This document shows positions 1 to 8,353 of a stretch of 41,809 nucleotides of DNA, piece by piece (position 1 is the stretch's first letter; every line of letters begins with the position of its first letter). Below the pieces are notes generated by a model. It worked only from the letters and a program-made list of their open reading frames with translations, had not been told where the DNA came from and ran no database searches. The stretch is taken from contig JABIXH010000253.1 in assembly GCA_018664975.1 (NCBI GenBank), forward strand, positions 1 to 41,809. The letters are read 5' to 3'. Both the position numbers and the translations under genes were made by a program. Source of the stretch: Nitrospina sp. (GTDB lineage Bacteria; Nitrospinota; Nitrospinia; Nitrospinales; VA-1).

Positions 1-2
1 AG

Positions 3-1538
3 GTGCTTGATCTTCGAGACGCTCTGTTTCAGGCGCAGCAGTCTGCTCAGCAATATGCGCTTAAAATCAAGATATTAGAAGAAGCCATTGAAAAGTTGAA
101 ATCTCCGGCCCACCGCATTGGCACCATCCTGGGCCAGGGGGAAGAAGGATTGGTGCGTCTGGTTTCTGGAGGAACAGAATATCAGGCGGCCGTTGTACCG
201 GAACTGATGGAAAATGGTGAATTAAAAACCGGTGATCAGGTAGCCCTCAATGAAGGATTCGTGGTGATTGCCCGGTTATTGTTTCCCAATCAGGGGCCAT
301 TAGCCAAAATTTCCGGAAAACTGGCGGGTGGACAATGGCTGGTTCAAGCGGCGACCGGCAATACGGAAACGATTGTAATGGCCCGTGATGGTTTGGATGA
401 AATGCAATTGAAAGAGGGAGAAGAAATTTTTCTCGATTCCAGCCAAAGGGTTATTTTGGGCAAACTTCCAAAACGGGAGTCACACACTCTTATTGAAGAT
501 GACTATGAACAGGTGGAATGGTCCCAAGTAGGCGGGCAGGAAAAAGTTAAGGAAGAAGTGCGCAAAGTCCTTGAATACCCTTTGCTCCACAAAGAGATTC
601 TGAGCAAAATGGAATATCAGGTGCCCAAGGGGTTTTTGTTTTATGGTCCACCCGGTTGCGGCAAAACCCTCATTGGCAAAGCAATTCTCACCGAAGTGAT
701 CCGTGAACTTTCTGCACACGAAAAATCAGAACTACAAGGCCGATTCATTCATGTGAAAGGGCCGGAGATTCTCAATATGTGGCTTGGGGAATCGGAACGG
801 AAAATTCGTGAAATTTTCAAGAAGGCCCGGGACTATAAAGAGAAGGGCCAGATCCCTTTTATATTTATAGATGAAGCGGAATCAATTCTGGGAACTCGGC
901 AGGCTTGGCGAGGATCTAATATTAGTAACACGGTTGTACCCATGTTTTGTGCGGAGATGGATGGTATCCAATCCCTTCGCGAAACAGTGGTGATTTTGGC
1001 AACCAACCGACCCGACCTGATCGACCCGGCTGTTATCAGACCCGGCAGAATTGATAGAAAGATCAAAGTATCACGTCCTAATCGCGAAGAGTGTAAAGCC
1101 ATCTTGCGTGTTTATCTAAAAGAGGGACTACCCCGTGAGCATGAAGATTTTGATGCTATGGCAGAACCTTTTCTGGATCGGCTCTTTAATCGAAGTGCCG
1201 CTCAGGAAGTACTGGTGCTGACCTTGCGGAGCGGTGGCAACCGCAAAATGTACTGGGACGATTTTATTTCCGGAGCAACCATAGAGGGAATTATGAAGCG
1301 TGCCAAGGAAAGAGCCATCGAGAGGGCAATTAATGGTGGAACACTTTCCCTGACCGTGGACGATCTGATTGTTTCTCTGGAAACCGAATTTGAAGAAGGT
1401 AGTTTGCTTCCGGCCGAATCCAATCTGGAAGATTGGCTGCAACTTCTGGATATGGAGTCCAAGAATGTAGTGCGGGTTAGGCGGCCTAACGAATCGGACA
1501 AAGCGACCGAAAATACGATTCGCAGGTCTATTATATGA
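3..1538 (+). CDS. mpa: Proteasome-associated AAA+ ATPase (Mpa/ARC family), 5'-truncated by the window edge
   Basis: N-terminal coiled-coil (LKIKILEEAIEKLK) is followed by an OB-like region. Walker A is GPPGCGKT and Walker B is FIFIDEAES. The protein is colinear with actinobacterial Mpa through the C-terminal domain (MYWDDFISGATIEGIMKRAKERAIE; NLEDWLQLL). Its stop overlaps the next gene start (ATGA at 1535-1538). Confidence 0.9.
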   Translation: MLDLRDALFQAQQSAQQYALKIKILEEAIEKLKSPAHRIGTILGQGEEGLVRLVSGGTEYQAAVVPELMENGELKTGDQVALNEGFVVIARLLFPNQGPLAKISGKLAGGQWLVQAATGNTETIVMARDGLDEMQLKEGEEIFLDSSQRVILGKLPKRESHTLIEDDYEQVEWSQVGGQEKVKEEVRKVLEYPLLHKEILSKMEYQVPKGFLFYGPPGCGKTLIGKAILTEVIRELSAHEKSELQGRFIHVKGPEILNMWLGESERKIREIFKKARDYKEKGQIPFIFIDEAESILGTRQAWRGSNISNTVVPMFCAEMDGIQSLRETVVILATNRPDLIDPAVIRPGRIDRKIKVSRPNREECKAILRVYLKEGLPREHEDFDAMAEPFLDRLFNRSAAQEVLVLTLRSGGNRKMYWDDFISGATIEGIMKRAKERAIERAINGGTLSLTVDDLIVSLETEFEEGSLLPAESNLEDWLQLLDMESKNVVRVRRPNESDKATENTIRRSII

Positions 1539-3004
1539 GCGTTCCTCTTCTGGGAATGGAAACTGAGTATGGAATAATCCGGGAAGACCTGGAAAATTCT
1601 GACCCGGTAGAAGAATCGATGAAACTATTGCAGGCCTGCAAGCGCAAAAGTGTTTTCTGCAAATGGGCTTACTCGCAAGAAAACTCGCATCTGGATATGC
1701 GAGGGTTCCGTGTAGGATCTTTGGCCCAGGATGAAGAAGAAGATGCTTTTTGCGCAGAAGATAGAAAAAGATCCTATTCCTATCTGGATATGAAGTGCGA
1801 CCGGGTTTTAACAAATGGTGCCCGTTTCTATAATGACCATACCCACCCTGAATATAGTACTCCAGAGTGCCGGTCCGTATTGTCTCTGGTCGCTCACGAT
1901 GTGGCAGGGGAAAGGATTGTCGGAGAATGTGTTGCGACCCGTAATCAGGAACTGGGGGATAATTCGCTTCAAGTTTTCAAAAATAATACTGACTACAGCG
2001 GTCACAGCTATGGAACCCATGATAACTACCTGATCCCTCGCGAAATTCCGTTTGATAATGTGGTAAACAGGCTGACTTCTTTTCTCGTAACACGTCAGCT
2101 GTATGCTGGCGCAGGAAAAGTGGGATCTGAAAATTCAGCAACCGCAAACTTTCAGGGCTTACAGTTGGCCCAACGATCTGATTTTATCGAAACGCTTTTA
2201 AGCATTGAGACCATGACGAAGCGTCCCCTCATTAACACTCGGGACGAACCCCATGCGGTGAGTAATAAGTACCGGCGTTTGCATTTGATTCTTGGCGATG
2301 CGAATATGTCTGCTTATGCAACAGCTTTAAAGGTGGGAAGTACTTTACTGGTTTTAAATTTAATAGCTGGTGAAGAGAAACTTCCAGACTTGGAATTAGC
2401 GGACCCCGTGGCCGATGTGCTGAAAGTATCCATTGATAAGGATGCCGTTTTACAGCGCAAATCAGGAGGAACCATCACGGCTCAGGAAATTCAGGAAGGC
2501 TATCTGGAAGCAGTGGAAAAGGCCTTTGCCGGGAAGAATAAAGAGTGTATCTGGATCATTGAGGAATGGAAGAGGACGCTAAATGAACTCAGACACAGTC
2601 CGGAAAAACTTTCTGACCGTATTGACTGGGCCATTAAGGAAAAATTATTCACTGAGTTTATGGATTCAGAAGGCATGGGCTGGGAAGACCCCTGGTTAAA
2701 GAGCCTGGATTTGGAATACCATAATCTGGATGCTGATCGGGGTTTATATCGGGGACTCCAACAGGAGGGCGCGGTCTATTCCCTGCTCAGTGAGAAAGAA
2801 ATCGCCGATGCGGTGGAGTCTCCCCCCGAAGGGACACGGGCCCAGATAAGGGGTCAGGCGGTAGCGCAAGATGCAGAGACTATTAAAAGTATTCATTGGA
2901 CCGGAGTAGAATTTGCAAATGGAGAGGTCCTCGACTTGACCGGAGTTATCAGCTCCGAAGAGGTTGAAAATATTCTCCACTCCAGGAAACAACTTGCTTT
3001 GTAA
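1535..3004 (+). CDS. dop: Dop-like Pup/UBact deamidase-depupylase (PafA/Dop carboxylate-amine ligase fold)
   Basis: N-terminus is GMETEYGI and there is an NGARFYNDHTHPEYSTPEC motif (compare Dop VDHAHPEYSAPEC). It has 80 residues between the ETEYG glycine and NGAR, against 50 in the paralogue at 4797. This fits the Dop-specific loop insertion. Confidence 0.8.
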   Translation: MSVPLLGMETEYGIIREDLENSDPVEESMKLLQACKRKSVFCKWAYSQENSHLDMRGFRVGSLAQDEEEDAFCAEDRKRSYSYLDMKCDRVLTNGARFYNDHTHPEYSTPECRSVLSLVAHDVAGERIVGECVATRNQELGDNSLQVFKNNTDYSGHSYGTHDNYLIPREIPFDNVVNRLTSFLVTRQLYAGAGKVGSENSATANFQGLQLAQRSDFIETLLSIETMTKRPLINTRDEPHAVSNKYRRLHLILGDANMSAYATALKVGSTLLVLNLIAGEEKLPDLELADPVADVLKVSIDKDAVLQRKSGGTITAQEIQEGYLEAVEKAFAGKNKECIWIIEEWKRTLNELRHSPEKLSDRIDWAIKEKLFTEFMDSEGMGWEDPWLKSLDLEYHNLDADRGLYRGLQQEGAVYSLLSEKEIADAVESPPEGTRAQIRGQAVAQDAETIKSIHWTGVEFANGEVLDLTGVISSEEVENILHSRKQLAL

Positions 3005-3024
3005 GCAGAGAGGAATAGTAGAAT

Positions 3025-3762
3025 ATGTTTGAAGAGCCATATCGCTGGATGGAGGCGGTTTCCACCCGACACAGTTACGTTCAGGAAAAGCTGAAAATGG
3101 GTCAGCCCGTGTTGTCTGTTCCTTTCGATGAAGGGGTGCTGATAATGGGGTTTGCTCCTCAGCCGGGTAAGATATTCGAAATTTATGATCGTATCGCCTT
3201 GGGTGGTGTGGGACATCCCGCAGATGTAGAGCGGTTGCGCATGACTCTTCTGGAAATGGCGCATTTAGAAGGATTCAATCGCTCGGCTCAGGATGTGACT
3301 TTGGCCAGGCTCCTGCAGTTTGGAGTAGCTCCGGCACTCAAACAAAACTTTGAGGAAATTCAACGGGCACCCTATATTATTCGACTTCTGCTTATCGAAC
3401 TGGATGGCGAAGGCAAGCCAAACTTTTTCCGCATAAATTATGATGGGCATTGGGAAACTTTTAAAAAGGGAACGGTCATTGCCGGTAGTGAAAAAGTTAT
3501 GGATTGGATTCAAAATGAAATCCAAAAAATTCCCTTTGAAACGTATACGCTTGAAAAGGCTTTAGAGGAAACCTGTCGACTTTGGGTTGAAAGCAAAAAA
3601 CAAGAAGACGAGGAAAATAAAGATTCCCCCGGGACTTTGAAAGAGGCTTTCGACCAATGGTATCTTGAAGGAGCCATGTTGTTGGGTAAACTGGATCGAA
3701 GGGCAATATATAGGACGCTCACCAAGGAAGAGATTGAAAAGTTGAAATCATCGGTCGGTTGA
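3025..3762 (+). CDS. prcA: 20S proteasome alpha subunit
   Basis: KIFEIYDRIALGGVG and FFRINYDGHW match PrcA blocks (KISELYDRVGFAAAG; LYRITYDGS). No catalytic Thr or propeptide. It lies within the proteasome operon. Confidence 0.8.
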   Translation: MFEEPYRWMEAVSTRHSYVQEKLKMGQPVLSVPFDEGVLIMGFAPQPGKIFEIYDRIALGGVGHPADVERLRMTLLEMAHLEGFNRSAQDVTLARLLQFGVAPALKQNFEEIQRAPYIIRLLLIELDGEGKPNFFRINYDGHWETFKKGTVIAGSEKVMDWIQNEIQKIPFETYTLEKALEETCRLWVESKKQEDEENKDSPGTLKEAFDQWYLEGAMLLGKLDRRAIYRTLTKEEIEKLKSSVG

Positions 3763-3813
3763 ACCCCTCTTAATGATGAGCAGAAACCACCCGTCAAAAA
3801 AGGAGTTGATCTC

Positions 3814-3990
3814 ATGGAAATGAACGATCCCCTGAGAAGGGAAGAAAAAAAAGAAACCAATCCAGATCGCCATGATTCCGGTCCCACCAGCCCGGAACCT
3901 TCACGGCCGGGCAGGGATAATATTTTGAAACGGATGAAAAAGGTGGACCCTAAACAGACAGAAAAATACAAACAGAGAACCGGCCAATGA
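3814..3990 (+). CDS. Small ubiquitin-like/Pup-like modifier, UBact-type (58 aa, absent from the ORF track)
   Basis: Manual translation: MEMNDPLRREEKKETNPDRHDSGPTSPEPSRPGRDNILKRMKKVDPKQTEKYKQRTGQ*. SD AGGAG (3801-3805) lies 8 nt before the ATG. The stop overlaps the prcB start (ATGA, 3987-3990). The N-terminus is low-complexity and probably disordered; the C-terminus is basic and helical and ends in Gly-Gln. It sits between the proteasome subunit genes. Confidence 0.75.
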   Translation: MEMNDPLRREEKKETNPDRHDSGPTSPEPSRPGRDNILKRMKKVDPKQTEKYKQRTGQ

Positions 3991-4787
3991 GTTATCAATC
4001 TGATCCCAAAAGTTCGCCCGGAGATTTTTTTGATCTCCTGGAAAAATCCGGTTATCGCTGGCAGGCCCGGATCGATCTTTCTCGCGCGCAAAATGATATT
4101 ACCGTCACCCATGGAACAACCGTCCTGGCATTCCATTTTAAGGATGGAGTGATTGTTGCCGGTGACCGGCGAGCGACAGCGGGTAATAGCATAATGTATG
4201 AATATTGCGACAAGGTTATTCCCATTGATGATCATTCATTGATGGCTATTGCCGGAGTTCCCGCTACAGCCTTTGAGATGGCCCGTGTGCTCACTCATAA
4301 TTTTGAGTTTTTCCGGCGTTCGCAGATGCAATCCATGAGTGGAGAAGGGAAAATTCGCGCCTTATCGAGACTGTTGAAAGAAAATGTGGGTATGGCTGTT
4401 CAAGGGCTGGGAGTGGTTAGCCCTATATTTGCCACCTATGATTTGAAAACGCGAAAACCCTGCATACATTTTTACGATATGTTAGGTGCGGATTTTCAGA
4501 TTCGTACCCATACCTCGACAGGATCGGGTTCCCCTACTATCCGGGGAATTCTGGAACATGAAGACCTGTGGGGCGAAAAACCTCTGGCAGAGAGGTCTGA
4601 AAAAAATGCCGTCACCCTGGCCGTTCGGCTTTTGCAAACTGCGGCACAGTTTGATTCTGCAACCGGTAAAGCGCGTCCGGAGGAAGAAGTTTACCCCACT
4701 GTGGCATTGATAACTGAGGCGGGTTACCGGTTTATGAATGATCAGGAACTGGCAGAACTATGCAAGACATCGCTGCAACGGGGTTAA
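3987..4787 (+). CDS. prcB: 20S proteasome beta subunit (Ntn hydrolase with propeptide)
   Basis: ...VTHG|TTVLAFHFKDGVIVAGDRRAT shows the classical Gly-Thr autoprocessing site and catalytic Thr1. GSGS and DSATG blocks are colinear with actinobacterial PrcB. Confidence 0.9.
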   Translation: MSYQSDPKSSPGDFFDLLEKSGYRWQARIDLSRAQNDITVTHGTTVLAFHFKDGVIVAGDRRATAGNSIMYEYCDKVIPIDDHSLMAIAGVPATAFEMARVLTHNFEFFRRSQMQSMSGEGKIRALSRLLKENVGMAVQGLGVVSPIFATYDLKTRKPCIHFYDMLGADFQIRTHTSTGSGSPTIRGILEHEDLWGEKPLAERSEKNAVTLAVRLLQTAAQFDSATGKARPEEEVYPTVALITEAGYRFMNDQELAELCKTSLQRG

Positions 4788-4796
4788 GGTTCATCT

Positions 4797-6305
4797 ATGA
4801 AAAAGCGTATCTACGGCATCGAAACGGAATACGGACTTCTGGTCAAAAATGTTGAGGAATTTCCTTATGATCCCATGGAGATTGCCAACAAGATCAAGAA
4901 CCATGTTTTCTCAAAGAATCTTGGGGTGCTGGATCTTCACTATCGTGCCAACGATGAACCTCCTGGTAATGGAGGCTTCTTGCTGAACGGTGGACGCCTG
5001 TATCTGGATATGGGCCATTTGGAATACGCCTCACCGGAATGCTCCAACCTTGTTGACCTTGTCACTTTTGACCGTGCCGGAGATACACTGATCCAGGAGG
5101 CTGTAGAAGAGTTGGGCTGGGCGGATCATATTTCCTTCATTAAGAACAATGTAGACCTCGAAACCAACGCCACTTTTGGATGCCACGAGAATTATCTGGT
5201 TGGCAGAGGGTTTCCCTTCGATGAACAGAACAACCTGAAACTGCTGTCTTCATTTTTAACAACGCGACTCATCTATTGCGGTGCCGGTCGTATCGGCTCC
5301 TGTGACCCTCACCCGTTTAGGGATTGGGAAGGTGTCACGCCTGATGAAAATCAAGGCGATGAAGTGGACTTTCAGATTTCACAAAGGGCCGATCATATTC
5401 CCAACGAATTTTACCGGTGGGTTCAGTATAACCGGGCCATCGTCAACACGCGCGATGAACCCTTATCGGACCCGAGCAAATACCGGCGAATACATCTTTT
5501 AGTTGGCGACTCTACTATGAGTGAGTTTGCGACTGCCATGAAGATGGGGACGACAACGCTCATGCTGGAAATCATGCAATTAGGTGTCGCTAAACGGGAA
5601 TGGATTCTCGCCGATTCGGTTCAGTCCATGCGATCTATTTCGCGTGACCCGGATTTCAAATGGCATGTGAAACTGGCTTCGGGAAATTCTTCCAGCGCTC
5701 TGGAATTGCAATGGGATATTTTGAACACCTGCAAACAACACCTGGGCGGGAAAGATCGCGAGACCGATTGGATTTTGGAGGGTTGGGAATCCGTCTTAAC
5801 CGATTTGCCTAAAGGCCCGGAAGCGGTCATCGGTAGAGTAGACTGGGCCAGTAAATACTGGATGCTTAACGAATTTAAAAATGAAGAAAATCTGGAATGG
5901 AGTGACCCCTGGCTAAAAAGCCTGGATTTGGAATATCATAATTTAAATAAGGAATCGGGCCTGTTCTGGGGACTGGAGGCCAACGGAGAGGGTTACAGAA
6001 AAACCACCGATGAGGCTGTGAACTTTTCAAAGGTTAATCCTCCTCGAGGGACTCGGGCGCATGGTCGAGGAGAACTCGTCAAAAGACTTATGGACCAGCA
6101 TTCTCACATGGGTTATCTCATAGACTGGATCGGGTTTCGCTTGGGCAAAACAGATGAGCCGTTTCTCATGCTGGATCCGTTCATTTCCTACAAGGAAGAA
6201 ATAATAAGTCACCTGACTCAATTTGATCCTCTACCTAATAAGGAAAGCGGGGAAGGTAAGGATGTAGGAAACCCTGGCGGAGAAGGGAAAAAACCTTATG
6301 AGTGA
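4797..6305 (+). CDS. pafA: PafA-like modifier-protein ligase
   Basis: GIETEYGL and NGGRLYLDMGHLEYASPEC (compare PafA [20 protein letters not shown]). It lacks the Dop loop. YRRIHLLVGDS and WLKSLDLEYHNL blocks are shared with the paralogue at 1535. Confidence 0.8.
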   Translation: MKKRIYGIETEYGLLVKNVEEFPYDPMEIANKIKNHVFSKNLGVLDLHYRANDEPPGNGGFLLNGGRLYLDMGHLEYASPECSNLVDLVTFDRAGDTLIQEAVEELGWADHISFIKNNVDLETNATFGCHENYLVGRGFPFDEQNNLKLLSSFLTTRLIYCGAGRIGSCDPHPFRDWEGVTPDENQGDEVDFQISQRADHIPNEFYRWVQYNRAIVNTRDEPLSDPSKYRRIHLLVGDSTMSEFATAMKMGTTTLMLEIMQLGVAKREWILADSVQSMRSISRDPDFKWHVKLASGNSSSALELQWDILNTCKQHLGGKDRETDWILEGWESVLTDLPKGPEAVIGRVDWASKYWMLNEFKNEENLEWSDPWLKSLDLEYHNLNKESGLFWGLEANGEGYRKTTDEAVNFSKVNPPRGTRAHGRGELVKRLMDQHSHMGYLIDWIGFRLGKTDEPFLMLDPFISYKEEIISHLTQFDPLPNKESGEGKDVGNPGGEGKKPYE

Positions 6306-6642
6306 TTGTCTTTTTTGCAAAATTAGTGAAGGTAGTATTCCTTCCGATAAGGTTTATGAATCGGACACGTTGTTTGCAATTAATGATATCAATCCACAGG
6401 CCCCTACGCATATACTAATCATTCCCCGTATTCATCAGTCCACTCTGCTTGATGTCGAGGAAAAAGACCATACGATGATGGGTTCGGTAATCAGTGTGGC
6501 CAACCAACTGGCTAAGGAAAGAGGACTCGATAAATCAGGATTCCGGCTGGTGGTCAATTGCGGAGCAGGTGCCGGGCAATCTGTATTCCATATTCATTTT
6601 CATTTAATAGGTGGGCGTGCCTTGAACTGGCCGCCGGGTTAG
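6298..6642 (+). CDS. HIT-family (histidine triad) nucleotide hydrolase
   Basis: CLFCKI N-terminus and the histidine triad HIHFHLIGG. The start overlaps the pafA stop by 8 nt. Confidence 0.85.
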   Translation: MSDCLFCKISEGSIPSDKVYESDTLFAINDINPQAPTHILIIPRIHQSTLLDVEEKDHTMMGSVISVANQLAKERGLDKSGFRLVVNCGAGAGQSVFHIHFHLIGGRALNWPPG

Positions 6643-6646
6643 AAAG

Positions 6647-7660
6647 ATGGTTACCGCAGAAAAACTCTACGAAAAACTAAAGGATATTCAGGTGGGCAAT
6701 CCGGTTTGCCGGTTTACTCGCGAGAATTGTGAATTGTTGCTCCCCACAATTCAAAGGATTGAAGATCTCAAGCGCGAAAAGAATGCCATCATTCTGGTTC
6801 ATAATTATGTCGCGCCGCAAATTTACTATAGCGTGGCCGATTTCACCGGCGATTCATATGGACTGTCAAAAAAAGCGAAAGAATCCAATGCCGATGTCAT
6901 CGTTTTTTCAGCCGTTCGCTTTATGGCAGAAACCGCCAAAATTCTTAATCCGGGCAAAATGGTGCTGGACCCTAATCCGAATGGCGGATGTTCTCTCGCC
7001 GATGGGATAACGGCAAATGATGTAATCAAGCTTCGTAAAGAATTTCCCGATCATACATTCGTTTGCTATATCAATACGACTGCGGAGGTAAAAGCCCAGT
7101 GTGATGTATGTGTAACCTCCTCAAATGTTTATGGCATTATTGAAAAAATCCCCAACGACAAAATTTATTTTTTGCCCGATCGGCTCATGGGCGAAAATGT
7201 TATTGCCCATCTTAAAACTCGTGGCGTGTATAAGGATATTCAACTTTGGGATGGCACCTGCTATGTTCATGAGGAATACCAGCCCGAAAGCATTGATCAG
7301 GTGCGGAATAATTTTGAAGATGTGGAGATTCTCGTTCATCCCGAGTGCAATTCTTCAGTCGTGGACAAGGCGGATTATGTAGGAAGCACCAGTCAAATGC
7401 TCGACCATGTGCGTGAGTCGAAGAGAGATACATTCTTTTTGCTCACGGAGTGTGGGTTGACCGGTGTTTTGCAATCGGAGTTTCCAGAAAAAACATTTGC
7501 AGGAAGCTGTACCCTTTGCAAATACATGAAATCCAATTCTCTGGAAGACATATTAAACGTCCTGGAAAATCCTGGTCCAAATAGCATCGTTGAAATCAAC
7601 CCGGAAACTCAGAAACGTGCTCTTCAATGCGTGGATCGCATGTTTGAATACACCTCTTGA
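6647..7660 (+). CDS. nadA: Quinolinate synthase
   Basis: VHNYVAPQI..ADFTGDS, RFMAETAKIL and VHPEC motifs, with a typical length of about 335 aa. Confidence 0.85.
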   Translation: MVTAEKLYEKLKDIQVGNPVCRFTRENCELLLPTIQRIEDLKREKNAIILVHNYVAPQIYYSVADFTGDSYGLSKKAKESNADVIVFSAVRFMAETAKILNPGKMVLDPNPNGGCSLADGITANDVIKLRKEFPDHTFVCYINTTAEVKAQCDVCVTSSNVYGIIEKIPNDKIYFLPDRLMGENVIAHLKTRGVYKDIQLWDGTCYVHEEYQPESIDQVRNNFEDVEILVHPECNSSVVDKADYVGSTSQMLDHVRESKRDTFFLLTECGLTGVLQSEFPEKTFAGSCTLCKYMKSNSLEDILNVLENPGPNSIVEINPETQKRALQCVDRMFEYTS

Positions 7661-7816
7661 ATCAATAAGTCAAATAGTACTCCAAAACCTCTTGATTTTT
7701 CAGTTTCTACAACCCTTTTTAAATAAAAGCTTATGCCATTTTTTACCCTTGCCGTTAAGGATATACAGGGCATGGAATAGCCCGAATTAAATATCTTTTC
7801 GGTGGAGGATGACTCA

Positions 7817-8290
7817 ATGATTGGAGACAGTGGAGGACTCGGTTCAACCATTCTCAATAGTTTTACCCAGAAGGCTTTTCAGCAGGTTCAAAAGGATGAC
7901 ACCAACCGCTCGGGTGGACTGGATCTCAGCGAAATTCAGAAGAAATCAGATGAGACCGGAAGTGGTAAAGACCTGATAGATAATTTTGATTCCATCGATA
8001 CGGACCAAAGCGGAGAATTATCAGCTACGGAATTGATTGCTTTTCGAGCAAAGTCTACGGAAGGGCGAGAAGAGCTTTTTAACCAATTAAAAAATATTTT
8101 TGACCAATCAGGAATTTCCAGTAACAGCATTACTGATTTCTTGAGTGGCCAGACAGGCCAGCAAAATGATTTAACTTCCCTCCTGCAATCGAGCACAGAT
8201 CTGGATGCCTTGATTGAATCTAGAGTTCAGGAGATTCTGACTAGTACCGGTGAGACAGCCTCTCTCTTAAACTTCGATACCACTATTTGA
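7817..8290 (+). CDS. Small EF-hand calcium-binding protein
   Basis: Two canonical 12-residue EF loops are present, DTNRSGGLDLSE and DTDQSGELSATE. The track start is GTG at 7802. ATG 7817 is preferred because SD GGAGGA (7804-7809) lies 7 nt upstream. Confidence 0.55.
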   Translation: MIGDSGGLGSTILNSFTQKAFQQVQKDDTNRSGGLDLSEIQKKSDETGSGKDLIDNFDSIDTDQSGELSATELIAFRAKSTEGREELFNQLKNIFDQSGISSNSITDFLSGQTGQQNDLTSLLQSSTDLDALIESRVQEILTSTGETASLLNFDTTI

Positions 8291-8353
8291 TGATTATTTT
8301 CTTCAGGTAAATTAGGGGGGAGTTATAGCCATAAGGGAAAATGCGCGGTGGTA

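Noticed and set aside
1128-1814. 228-aa - strand ORF, plus the 99-aa ORF at 1202-1501.
   Set aside because: Both are antisense to the mpa/dop junction and have no recognisable motifs, so they are shadow ORFs.
3510-4235. 241-aa ORF on the - strand spanning prcA, the modifier and prcB.
   Set aside because: It is antisense to three well-supported proteasome-operon genes, has low-complexity Ser/Leu/Arg-rich composition and resembles no family. This is a typical shadow ORF.
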